From an uncultured Solirubrobacterales bacterium (GTDB taxonomy: Bacteria; Actinomycetota; Thermoleophilia; Solirubrobacterales; Solirubrobacteraceae), in contig CAWHWZ010000003.1 of the NCBI GenBank assembly GCA_963833205.1, positions 222,130-286,129 of the forward strand: a DNA stretch of 64,000 nucleotides, given 5' to 3'. The notes beneath the pieces were generated by a model. The model searched no databases. It was not told where the DNA came from and was given only the letters and a program-made list of their open reading frames with translations. Below, in pieces: positions 28,566 through 38,400 of the stretch; within the stretch, counting starts at the first letter, position 1, and the number at the start of each line of letters is the position of its first letter. Made by a program: the position numbers and the translations under genes.

Positions 28566-30143
28566 ATGGAGGATACCGGCGCAAGCCAGCCTGGCAGACT
28601 GGAGCGCCTCGTGAACTTCGCCAGGGACGTGCTCGACCGCCTACCCCCCGACCAGCCGGCGCTGGTGGAGCTGGCCCGCGACGGCAGTCGCCGCGAGTGG
28701 AGCTTCGGCGAGGTCTCCGATCGCAGCGCCCGTCTGGCCGGCGCGCTGGCCCGCCGCGGCGTGGGGCGCGGTGACGTGGTGATGACGTTGATCGGCAACC
28801 GCCCCGAGTGGGTGCTGAGCATGCTGGCCTGCTTTCGCCTCGGCGCCGTGGTGCTGCCCTGCACCGAGCAGCTGCGCGCCAAGGACCTGTGTCTGCGCCT
28901 CGCCGTCGCCCGGCCGCGGCTGGTGCTCGCCGACGAGCGCAATCGCGCCGAGCTGGAGGCTGCGCTGCAGAGCGCTCCGCGGGACGCTCCCGACGTGGAT
29001 GTGGTGCTCGTGCCCGACCCCTCCCTGTTTGAAGGCGAGCGCGCACCGGCAGTGGAGTTGGCGGAGGATGACCCCTGCCTGGTCACGTTCACCAGCGGCA
29101 CCGCCGGCGAGCCCAAGGCGGTGCTGCACGGGCAGCGCTACCTGCTCGGCCAGCGCCTGCAGGCCGCCCACTGGCTGGGCGCGCGCGCCGGGGAGCTGGT
29201 GTGGTGCACCGCCGCCTCCGGCTGGTCGAAGTCGGCACGCAACGTCTTCATCGCCCCCTGGCTGTCGGGCGCCGCCGCGCTGCTGCACGACGCGCGCTTC
29301 GACCCCGCCGAGCGCCTGGAGCTGCTGGCAAGGGAGCGCGTCAACGTGCTGTGCATGGCGCCCACCGAGTACCGCGTGATCGCCAAGCGCGCCACGCTCA
29401 CGCCGCTGCCCGACCTGCGCGGGATGGTGGCCGCCGGGGAGGCGCTCAACCCCGCGGTGCTGCACGCCTGGCACGAGGCCACCGGCCTCTACATCCGCGA
29501 CGGGTACGGGCAGACCGAGACGGGGCAGCTCACGGGGATGTTGGCTGCGCGGATGCAAGCCAGCGGCGAGTGTCTCCCCGCTTCAGTGGATGAGCAGCCC
29601 CGCCCGGGATCGATGGGTCGCGCCCTGCCGGGGGTGCGGCTGGACGTGGTGGAGGGCGAGCTGGTGGCCGACCCCGCGAGCGTGCCCACGTTCTTTCTCG
29701 GCTACCTCGGTGAGCAGGTGCGGCGCGGTGTGGATGGCGAGTGGCACGCTGATGACCGGGCCAATGGCAGGCCGTGGCAGACCGGCGACAAAGTCACCGA
29801 AGACGAGGAGGGCTACCTCTACTTCGAGGGGCGCACCGACGATGTGATCGTCTCCGCCGGCTACCGCATCGGGCCGTTCGAGGTGGAGTCGGCGCTCGTC
29901 GCCCACCCCGCGGTGGCCGAGGCCGCCGCGGTGTCCGCGCCCGACGAGGAGCGCGGCGCGGTGGTGCGCGCGGTGGTGGTGCTGCGCGACGGGCACCTGC
30001 CATCGCCACGGCTGGCGGGCGAGCTGCAAGCGCACGTGAAGCGCCTCACCGCCCCCTATAAGTACCCGCGCATCGTGGAGTTTGCGGCCGAGCTGCCGAA
30101 GACCGCCAGCGGCAAGGTCAAGCGGGCACAGCTGCGGGGCTGA
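28566..30143 (+). CDS. AMP-dependent acyl-CoA synthetase
   Basis: FTSGTAGEPK, DGYGQTE, GRTDD, GYRIGPFEVES, LPKTASGK. Confidence 0.92.
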   Translation: MEDTGASQPGRLERLVNFARDVLDRLPPDQPALVELARDGSRREWSFGEVSDRSARLAGALARRGVGRGDVVMTLIGNRPEWVLSMLACFRLGAVVLPCTEQLRAKDLCLRLAVARPRLVLADERNRAELEAALQSAPRDAPDVDVVLVPDPSLFEGERAPAVELAEDDPCLVTFTSGTAGEPKAVLHGQRYLLGQRLQAAHWLGARAGELVWCTAASGWSKSARNVFIAPWLSGAAALLHDARFDPAERLELLARERVNVLCMAPTEYRVIAKRATLTPLPDLRGMVAAGEALNPAVLHAWHEATGLYIRDGYGQTETGQLTGMLAARMQASGECLPASVDEQPRPGSMGRALPGVRLDVVEGELVADPASVPTFFLGYLGEQVRRGVDGEWHADDRANGRPWQTGDKVTEDEEGYLYFEGRTDDVIVSAGYRIGPFEVESALVAHPAVAEAAAVSAPDEERGAVVRAVVVLRDGHLPSPRLAGELQAHVKRLTAPYKYPRIVEFAAELPKTASGKVKRAQLRG

Positions 30144-30741
30144 CGCCGTCAAGCGCCAGCGCGTGGTCGATGAACGGCCCCAGCAGCTCGGCGATCGATG
30201 AGGCGGTCATCCCCGCCGGGGCCACCGGCAGCGTGGCGTAGCTGATCGCCAAACGCACCAGGCACTCGGCCAGCAGCGCCACGTCGTGCTCCCCCGCCTG
30301 CGGCCAGCGCGCGGCGATCGCCCAGCACAGACGCTCCGCGGCGCCCTCCACCAGCGTCTGTCCGTGGGTGGTGACGAACGGCAGCATCTCCCCTCCACCC
30401 CGGATCGCGGCGCGGATCAGCGGATCCTCGGCGGCCGCCGTTAGGAACAGCCCAAACGCCTCCGTGAGCGCCATCCGCGGGTCATCCAGATGCGTGTCCA
30501 GCGCGCCTTCCAGGGCGCCGATGAAACCGTCGGCCTCACGCAGCACGAACGCCTGGGCGAACTCATCGCGCGAGCCAAACTCCTTGTAGAGGGTCTGGCG
30601 GCTGACACCCGCCGCGGCCGCCACGTCGGCCATCGTCACCTCGCTCCAGGCGCGCTGCTCCAGCTCGTGGCGAGCCGCGTCGAACAGCGTGTCGCGCAGC
30701 AGTTCACGGGCGGCCACCGCGTAGGGCGTGCGCGCGCTCAC
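30118..30741 (-). CDS. TetR family regulator of alkB (AlkX/AlkU-like)
   Basis: GTGA overlap with the alkB stop; TMADVAAAAGVSRQTLYKEFGSR HTH. Confidence 0.85.
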   Translation of the reverse strand: MSARTPYAVAARELLRDTLFDAARHELEQRAWSEVTMADVAAAAGVSRQTLYKEFGSRDEFAQAFVLREADGFIGALEGALDTHLDDPRMALTEAFGLFLTAAAEDPLIRAAIRGGGEMLPFVTTHGQTLVEGAAERLCWAIAARWPQAGEHDVALLAECLVRLAISYATLPVAPAGMTASSIAELLGPFIDHALALDGVSPAAVPA

Positions 30742-32003
30742 CCCACCCCACCGTACCGGGCAAGCACCCGCACGCGCCGGCGCGGGGCGATGTTGGTGCG
30801 AGAGACATCCCCTCCGTAGTGCGCCAGCAGCCGGGGATCCATCACACGTTGCCACAGCGGAGGGACGGCGGCGAGAATGATCATCCCCGCATACCCCGTC
30901 GGCAGCTGCGGCGCCTCCTCGAAGTGCCGTAGCGCCTGATAGCGGCGCAGGGGGTTGGCGTGGTGATCGGAGTGGCGCTGCAGGTGGTAGAGCAGCACGT
31001 TGGAGGCCACGCTGTTGCTGTTCCAGCTGTGCTCCGGGCGAGTGCGCTCGTAGCGGCCGTCCTCGCGCCGCTGCCGGCGCAGGCCGTAATGCTCGAGGTA
31101 GTTGACCACCTCCAGCAGGCAGAAGCCGAGCACCGCCTGCCCCAGCAGGAAGGGCAGCACCACAACGCCGAAGATCGCGGTGAGCGCGCCAAACAGCACG
31201 ACGGTCATCGCCCACGCGCTGAGGATGTCGTTGCGCGGCGTCCACGGCGAATGGCCTCCGCGACCCAGGCGCGTGCGCTCGAGCTCCCACGCGGAGCGCA
31301 GGCTGCCGGCCACGGTGCGCGGCAGGAACGCGTAGAAGCTCTCCCCCAGGCGGGCGCTCGCCGGATCCTCGGGGGTGGCCACGCGCACGTGATGGCCGCG
31401 GTTGTGCTCGATGAAGAAGTGCCCATACCCGCTCTGCGCGAGCGCCACCTTGCTCAACCACCGCTCCATGCTGGCGCGCTTGTGTCCGAGCTCGTGCGCA
31501 GTGTTGATCGCGATCCCGCTCACCATCCCCACCGTCATCATCAGGCCGATGTCGTCGACGGTCGAAAGTTTGCCGCTCCCCCACAGCCAGCACGCCAACA
31601 CCAGTCCCGCGTACTGGATCGGGATGAACGCGTACGTGCACCAGCGGTAGTAGCGATCCTGTTCCAGCCACTTGATCACGCTGTCGGGCGGGTTGGTGGC
31701 GTCCATCCCGACCAGCAGATCGAGCACGGGAAAGATCACAAACACCAGGAACGGGCCGTAGAACCAGAAGATGCCCAGTCCGGTCGCCTCCACCAGGCCA
31801 TACGCCAGGAACGGCAGCGTCGGCACAATCAGGCCCAGCAGCCACGCGTAGCGCTTGGGGTCACGCCACTTCACCTGGCCCGCGGCGCCTGCCTCCACCC
31901 CGGCTTCAACGGGCATGGCAGCGTCGCGGCCCTCCTGCACACCAACTGGATCGTTCTTCCTCTCAACGCGATCTCCGCTCAACGGCGCCGGTACAGCGGA
32001 CAT
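30738..32003 (-). CDS. alkB: Alkane 1-monooxygenase
   Basis: His boxes HELGHK, EHNRGHH, NYLEHYG, LQRHSDHHA. Confidence 0.95.
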   Translation of the reverse strand: MSAVPAPLSGDRVERKNDPVGVQEGRDAAMPVEAGVEAGAAGQVKWRDPKRYAWLLGLIVPTLPFLAYGLVEATGLGIFWFYGPFLVFVIFPVLDLLVGMDATNPPDSVIKWLEQDRYYRWCTYAFIPIQYAGLVLACWLWGSGKLSTVDDIGLMMTVGMVSGIAINTAHELGHKRASMERWLSKVALAQSGYGHFFIEHNRGHHVRVATPEDPASARLGESFYAFLPRTVAGSLRSAWELERTRLGRGGHSPWTPRNDILSAWAMTVVLFGALTAIFGVVVLPFLLGQAVLGFCLLEVVNYLEHYGLRRQRREDGRYERTRPEHSWNSNSVASNVLLYHLQRHSDHHANPLRRYQALRHFEEAPQLPTGYAGMIILAAVPPLWQRVMDPRLLAHYGGDVSRTNIAPRRRVRVLARYGGVG

Positions 32004-32048
32004 AGAATCTGTCTCCCCCGTGGTCGATCCAGCTTTAATTGTCTGGGT

Positions 32049-32076
32049 AGTTTACAACATTCCCGATGTATGTCAA
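32049..32076 (-). promoter_or_regulatory. alkB promoter TTGACA-N16-TAAACT overlapped by an imperfect inverted repeat (candidate TetR operator)
   Basis: Plus strand tgtcaa (32071-76) and agttta (32049-54); TTTACAACAT-TCCCG-ATGTATGTCAA dyad. Confidence 0.6.
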
Positions 32077-32206
32077 GAGACCTGACGCAAGTACTCGTGT
32101 TGTCTTGGTGAGGCGAGTAGGGACGCGACAGACAGTCCTCGAGCGATTCGCAACGGCCCGGCGGTACCGCGAAGCGGCGAGCACCAGGGAACCGCGGCCG
32201 GCCCGG

Positions 32207-32830
32207 TCAGGACTGTTCGGGTGTCACCGGCGCACGAGCCGTGAATTCGGCGGTGGAGTTCGTATGCGGGAAGTCCTCGTCCGGCACCGCGAGCCCGAGG
32301 CGCTCGCATATGGGCTCCCATCCGTCTGCGGGGAACCACTCCAGCAGGCGGGCGGGCGCGATCGTCTTGCGCACGGCCTCATTGTGGCGCTCGAACGCCT
32401 CGATCATCGCGCCTTCGTCCTGGAGGCGGTCACTGAAGCGCTCCCGCAAGAGCCTGCGTAGCGTGCTCATCCACGGCGCCAGCTCGGCCGGCGGGTCTGT
32501 GAGCACCCGGAAGATCGTGTTCGAGGCACTCTGGTACCAGGACCGGGAATCGCGCACAGACAGCAGCACCAGCGCGTCGGGGTTCGCCGCGGAGAGCTCC
32601 TGCCAGAAGGACGCGCCGGGCCAATCCACGAGCGCGGAGTACCCGGCGAGCAGTCTCTCCCAGTCCCCCGGATGACCCTCGATCGCCGCGGTCCAACCCG
32701 CGATCTGACTCCCGTCCTCGAGGATCTCCAACATGTGGTGGCAGGGCGCCCCCAGCAGGCGCTCGAGAGCAAGCTTCAGCGAATTCGTGCCGGTGCGGCC
32801 CACGCCGGCTCCTACGACCTTCAGCGGCAT
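32207..32830 (-). CDS. Sulfotransferase-like P-loop protein
   Basis: LKVVGAGVGRTGTNSLKLALE.L, HHM, VDWP, GWEPICERLG..VP...FPH.N. Confidence 0.85.
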   Translation of the reverse strand: MPLKVVGAGVGRTGTNSLKLALERLLGAPCHHMLEILEDGSQIAGWTAAIEGHPGDWERLLAGYSALVDWPGASFWQELSAANPDALVLLSVRDSRSWYQSASNTIFRVLTDPPAELAPWMSTLRRLLRERFSDRLQDEGAMIEAFERHNEAVRKTIAPARLLEWFPADGWEPICERLGLAVPDEDFPHTNSTAEFTARAPVTPEQS

Positions 32831-33240
32831 CCTCGACCCTCCTCATGCTGGGGTGGAAGCGCAATCGTGGCGGTGAGATCACGATCGCCAGACACGAGCA
32901 CATCGACCTGCGCGGTGCGCGCGAGCGCGAGCAGGTAGTCGTCGTCGGGATCGCGTGTCACTGAGTCCGGCGCCTGGGGATCGTCCACCCACTCCACGAT
33001 TGCGAGCAGCCCCGCAAGAAAGCGATCCGTCGCTTCCTGGCCGAGCACGTCGCGGAACGCGGGTCGCGCGAGCACGTCCTCGAGCTCTTCGAAGAGCATC
33101 ACCGATACCACCGGCCGCCAGCGGCCTTCGATCGCCGACTCGACCAGTCGCCCGCAGAGCCCACTCGGCGTGCGGGCCGCCGAGACGAGGACGTTGACGT
33201 CGGCGACCGCCCGCGGCGGGCCGGCGTCAGCCGGCGGCAC
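32821..33240 (-). CDS. PIN domain toxin
   Basis: VADVNVLVSA, EL.DVL.RP, RDPDDD.LL.LA, LVSGDRDL. Confidence 0.85.
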   Translation of the reverse strand: MPPADAGPPRAVADVNVLVSAARTPSGLCGRLVESAIEGRWRPVVSVMLFEELEDVLARPAFRDVLGQEATDRFLAGLLAIVEWVDDPQAPDSVTRDPDDDYLLALARTAQVDVLVSGDRDLTATIALPPQHEEGRGCR

Positions 33241-33529
33241 GGCCTCGTCGACTCGCGGCGCGCGCGTGCCGCACCGCGCGTGTCTCCTCGACCGCTAGCG
33301 CCATCGACTGCTCGTCGTCCAGGTCATCGAGCTCCGGGCGGGCGCGCAGTTCCTCCAGCAGCTTACGCAGACCCTCGCGTGCCGCCTCGCCCCGTCCTTC
33401 CTCGACCACGTAGGTGCGAAGCGCGTCCTCTACGAGTTGGCTCTCGCTGCGCTGCGTCGCCGCGGCCGTCATCTTCGTCGCGGTGAGGACACCCTCATCG
33501 ATGTAGTACGTGGTCTTGCGTCTGGCCAT
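33227..33529 (-). CDS. Putative RHH antitoxin
   Basis: MARRKTTYYIDE...SESQLVEDALR; overlaps the toxin. Confidence 0.7.
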   Translation of the reverse strand: MARRKTTYYIDEGVLTATKMTAAATQRSESQLVEDALRTYVVEEGRGEAAREGLRKLLEELRARPELDDLDDEQSMALAVEETRAVRHARAASRRGRAAG

Positions 33530-33536
33530 GCCGTTG

Positions 33537-33565
33537 ATATTACCGATGTGGCGTCAATCCGTCAA
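33537..33565 (-). promoter_or_regulatory. Leaderless promoter TTGACG-N17-TAATAT for the TA operon
   Basis: Hexamers at 33560-65 and 33537-42; ATG at 33529, 7 nt after the -10. Confidence 0.65.
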
Positions 33566-33748
33566 GACGGCGGTACTATGCGCAGCGGCCGCGGAGGGCC
33601 ACCGGCCAACAACGCCGGTTCCTCCATCTCCTGCACAACACCGCATTCAGAATCTGGGTCTGCTACATCCAGCGGGGACACCACCATCGCCCTGTCGTTG
33701 TCTCCCACTGCAACCCTCGCCGGCGATCCGAGCGAGCGAAGGAACCCC

Positions 33749-35071
33749 ATGGCGACTCGCGTCTTTGACCCATACGCCACGATCAGCGGCCATGTATGGC
33801 TGTACGAGGGCAAGCGCCGCAAGACATGGTGCGCGAAGTGGCGCGACCAGCACGGGCAGCACGAGAAGCGCCTCGGGCCGGCATGGACCGCCAAGGGGCA
33901 GCCAGCACCCGGCTTCCTGCGCGAGCGCGACGCGCAGGCGCTGCTCGACGCGATTCTGGTCGATGCTCGACGCGGACAACTCCAGCAGGAGCACACCGGC
34001 CTTACTTTCAGGGCGCTCGCGGAGGAGTGGTACGAGCGCGGGTGCTTCGAGCGCGACTGGTCAGCCAGCACCCGAGCCGACTACCGCTCGATCCTCGATG
34101 CGCACCTGCTGAGCGAGTTCGGCTCCAGACGGCCAGAGGCGATCACCAGCCACGACATCGAAAACTGGCGCGACCGCTTGGCCGACGAGGCGCTTCCCGC
34201 TCACGCCAGCGACGACGTGGGGTCTGACGGCCATGAGCATTCCTCGGCACCACCCGGTCGCGTCCGCTCGCGCCGCACGGTCAACAAGATCGTCACCCAG
34301 CTGCACAGCATTCTTCAATACGCCGTCAAGCATCATCGTCTCGCCCGCAACGCCGCCGCCGACGTGGACCGCCTGCGGGAGTCTTACGACGCCGCGCGCT
34401 TCGACTTCTACTCGCCCGAGGAGATCCACAAGCTCGTCGCGGCCGCCGCCAACGGCGCACATCGCGATCCCAAACGCCCGGCCATCAGCGACACCCAGCG
34501 CATTCTACGGGCCGCCGAGGATCGCCAAGACGCAGCGATTTACCTGACCGCGGCGCTCAGCGGGCTGCGCCGCAGCGAGCTGCTCGCGCTGCGGTGGGAG
34601 GACGTCGACTTCGAGCAGTCATCGATCCGCGTCTTCGAAGGCTACAGCGCCAAACGGGCCGGCAAGCCGAAGTCGCGCAAGTCACGCACGGTGCCGATGG
34701 TCGAAGAGATCGCCGACGCGCTACGCGATCTGACAACGCGCGAGGCGCACACGGACAAAGGCGATCTGGTGTTTGTCAGCCGTGAGGGAACCCACGTCGA
34801 CGGCTCCGCTTTGCGGCGGCGGTACCTCGCCACGCTCGACGCGGCCGGCCTGCGGCGGTTGAGGTTTCACGACCTTCGTCATACCTTCGGCTCGCTTGCG
34901 ATCAACGTCGCCAGCATCGTTCAAGTCCAAGCGTGGATGGGGCACGCCGATATCAAGACCACGATGCGCTACCTGCACCACAAGAGCCGGGCTGACGACG
35001 CTCAGTTGCTGTCTGCGGCCTTCCGACCCGCGAAAGCCACGACGGCGCCTGGCCGTTGTAACGGAACGTAG
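33749..35071 (+). CDS. Tyrosine recombinase/integrase
   Basis: SGLRRSELLALRWEDVD, K.K..R.VP, FHDLRHTFG, MGHADIKTTMRYLH catalytic residues. Confidence 0.93.
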   Translation: MATRVFDPYATISGHVWLYEGKRRKTWCAKWRDQHGQHEKRLGPAWTAKGQPAPGFLRERDAQALLDAILVDARRGQLQQEHTGLTFRALAEEWYERGCFERDWSASTRADYRSILDAHLLSEFGSRRPEAITSHDIENWRDRLADEALPAHASDDVGSDGHEHSSAPPGRVRSRRTVNKIVTQLHSILQYAVKHHRLARNAAADVDRLRESYDAARFDFYSPEEIHKLVAAAANGAHRDPKRPAISDTQRILRAAEDRQDAAIYLTAALSGLRRSELLALRWEDVDFEQSSIRVFEGYSAKRAGKPKSRKSRTVPMVEEIADALRDLTTREAHTDKGDLVFVSREGTHVDGSALRRRYLATLDAAGLRRLRFHDLRHTFGSLAINVASIVQVQAWMGHADIKTTMRYLHHKSRADDAQLLSAAFRPAKATTAPGRCNGT

Positions 35072-35136
35072 CCTACATACGTCCTGGCTCCCTACGTTTT
35101 CGGCCACGCGGCGGATCGCGCTGCGCGCTGCAAGTT

Positions 35137-35358
35137 TTACGGCTCGGACGAGCGACGCACGCGGGCCAAGTAAGCAACCCTGACCGCTACCGCAACCAAC
35201 GCACCACCTACACCAGCCGCACCCAAGACCACGTACGCAAGTAGAACGAACACAAGCGCTACTAGAGCAAAAAGCAAGATATCGCGAACACGCTCAAACG
35301 GTCGTGAACTTTGTCGCATCGTGCGCACCATAGATTTGGGTACTGGCAATACGATCAT
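35137..35358 (-). CDS. Small membrane protein downstream of Rhs (candidate immunity protein)
   Basis: Two hydrophobic segments (DILLFALVALVFVLLAYVVLG, VGGALVAVAVRVAYL); co-oriented directly after the Rhs gene. Confidence 0.4.
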   Translation of the reverse strand: MIVLPVPKSMVRTMRQSSRPFERVRDILLFALVALVFVLLAYVVLGAAGVGGALVAVAVRVAYLARVRRSSEP

Positions 35359-35450
35359 GGTAGATGCAACGGTCGCCCAGCCGAGAGCGGGAGTCGTGTG
35401 GCGACTGCCATAGTTGTGTGAACTTGAAATATCTGCTCGCGTAAATCATC

Positions 35451-38400
35451 CTAGATTTTCCCAACAAGCACGCCGACAATGCAACTACCGACATCTCCCG
35501 CAGGATTGACTACGTCCGCCGGGGTACCCAGCGCCATATATCCTATTACCCCCTTCACACAATCCGCTTCCACCCGTCCGGAACCTCCGGCGTGGCTCCA
35601 GATCTGATGCGCTCTTTTGCAGTGACCCTGACAAATTCCAGGTCCGCCCTTGACTTCGTGAAGCTGATCGCCTTGTTCGTCTTCGCCACTCAGTGGCTGG
35701 ACGAGGATCGCGGATTCAACGTGGGCTTTTTCGTTGCGAGGCTTGGGGCCGTGGTCGTTGGATATGTATTCGTATTCGCCTTCTTCTTCCCACCATTCTT
35801 CCCATTCTTCTCCTTCGGCGTATTGGGGGCCGGCTGCTGCGGCTGCGGCTTCGGCGGCTTCGAGTGCGGCTTTTTCGGCTGCTGCCCTGGCGGCGGCTTC
35901 GCGAGCCTCTTCGCGTTCGATCGCTTCTCTGTTGAGCTGATCGAAGTGAGCTGTGCAGTAGGTGCATTCGACGTACTCGCCGGTGGGGTCGGTACTGTCG
36001 ACGGGGTCGCCGAAGGTGTAGCTGTAGGCGTCGGCTGAGCCGCCGGGGACTGGGTCTGGTTGGAGGAAGCGTCCGATCTGGGGTACGTAGGAGCGGACGC
36101 CCATCGTGATGACGCCGGAGGGGAGTTCGGTGGGGAGCTCGCTGGCGCCGAGCCAGGCGTATTTGGCTGGGGCGGTGACGGTGGGTACGCCGAACTCGCT
36201 GGTGTCGGCCTTGGCGGCTAGTTCGGTGGCGGTTTCGGACAGGTAGGCTTTGGCGATGATGTCGCCGTGGAGGTTGGTGAGCTGGAGTTCTGGGGTTTCG
36301 CCGTTGTTCTGGATGGCGACAAGGCTACCATTGATGCCGGTGATGTTGCGTCGCCATTCGTGGGAGAGGGCGTTTTCGGTCCATGCGGGGGTGTTGGCGG
36401 GGCCGGGGTAGTGGGAGATGATGGTTGAGTTGTTTGGTTTGCCGCTGGAGACGGTTTCGAGGGTGCGGCCGGTGGGGTCGAGGTTGTAGCCGATGGTTTG
36501 TTCGTTTTGTGTCTGACTGGCGACTTGGTTGTCGGTGTAGTAGGTGTTGGTGAGTGCGTGTGCCGCGCTTTCTTCGGCGTCGTTGGCGGGTAGTGTGGTG
36601 ATGTCGCCGAAGGTGTTGTAGGCGATGCCGGTGTCGGTGAGGCGGTCGGCGGTGTCGTAGGTGTGTTCTTGGGTTTTGCCGCCTTCGATTGCGCATTTTT
36701 CGGTACTGGATTCGCGGGTTGTGAGGCTTGTGCGGTTGGTGTCTTCGTCGTAGGCGTAGATGCGTGTCGTGCAGTCTTTGCCGATGGGCGTGTTCTGGGC
36801 TTGGGTCAAGCGGCCGGTGTTGTCGTAAGTGTACGCTTGGTGGGCGAGGGTGCTTGTTTGTTCAAGCCATTGGCCGTGAATCGATGGAATAATGGTGTCT
36901 TTGAACCACTTGCATTTTTCTTTTTCTTCTTCGGTGCAGTGAGTGGTCTTTTTGTAGACGAGCGCGGTAGGCTTGCCGACTTGGTTGTAGGTATAGGTCG
37001 CAATCATGCCGTTGGGGTAGCTTTCGGTGAGCATGTTCCCTTCGGCGTCGTACGTCGCACTGAACGTCATTTTGGTGCTAACGCCGTTTGTGTAGGTAAG
37101 TTCATCGAGCAGGCCGGATGTTTCGTTGTATTCCGAGGCTTCTGTGCCCTCTTTGTCGTTGATTGTCTTTAGGCGGGCTCCCTTTTCTTTTTCGTATTCA
37201 TAAGTTGTTGTGTTTTCGGCGGCGTCGGTGTAGCTTTCTACCTGGCCGAGCTTGTTATAGATGCTTGTGATTGTTTTGGGTTTACCTTCGGTGCAGGGTT
37301 TGCCTTCGTTTGCGCATTGCTTTTCGAGAGCGCCCGTTTCGCTGTTGTATTCGTTGGTCACCGTCGGGAGCGCGGTACCTACCGTGGAGCTGATCGCGCT
37401 CGTCGTGAGCCGCCCTGCGGCGTCGTACGTGTCGGTCTTGGTGCGGGTTGTGGACCCGACTGTTTCAACTGTCGTTTGGGGCTCGCTCCAGATGTTGTAG
37501 GTGTATTTGGTCGTTGGCAGTTCTGGTAGCCCGTTGGTTCCGGGTTGGGCGACTGGCACGGTCTCGCATGGAAGGTTTGCGACTGCGGGGCGTTCTCCGC
37601 ATTCTTTGTATTCTGAGTTCGCGGCGGTGGTGTAGTAGATCGTCTTGGTGTTGTGGGCGCCTTCGTTGCCTGTGATGGTAGGCACCCATTCCTCAATGCG
37701 ATCGGCGAGGCTGTCGATGACGTACACAGCACCCGCTGACGTAATCGTCATTCCATCAGGGTGTTCGAGTTGTCCGTTGCCAGAGCCGTTAGATCCGAAG
37801 GTAGCGAGAAAACTCCCGGCCGGGGTAAACTTCTGGACGCGATTGTTGCCCTTGTCCACGACGTAGAGATCGCCGCTCGCGGCTTCTGTAGCGATGTCGT
37901 GTGGACCTTCGAACTTGCCCATCGCCGTACCTTTTGAGCCAAACTTCGATATATAGGCGCCAGCGGTAGAGAACTCGTCGACTCGATTGTTGCTGTAGTC
38001 GGCGACATAGACATTGCCGCCCGCGAACGTAAGGGCTGCGGGGTTGGCCATCTGGCCGTTGCCCGAGCCTGAGATTCCGGCTTTGCATTCGGTCGCGGTC
38101 GTACAGGCCTCTGCTTCTGCTTTCCCGTCTTTTACCCCCCAGCCAATCGCGAGCAGGAATGTTCCCGAGGACGATAGCTCTTGGATGCGGTTGTTGCCGT
38201 AGTCAGCGACCCAGAGATTGCCGCTGGAGTCAATTGTGACTCCCTGCGGTGAGCTGAAGGCTCCTCCGGTACTGCCTTTGCTTCCGATGGAAGCGAGCCA
38301 TGTCCCGGTTGAGGAGAGCTCCTCGATCCGGCCGTTGTTGTAGTCGGCAACATAGACGTTGTTGTTGGTCTGGTTGACCGCTATCCCGATCGGTCCGTTG

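Noticed and set aside
32080-35140. att duplicate of the tRNA-Arg 3' end near the integrase
   Set aside because: Only a 7-bp GCGAAGC match near 32168 was seen, which is expected by chance
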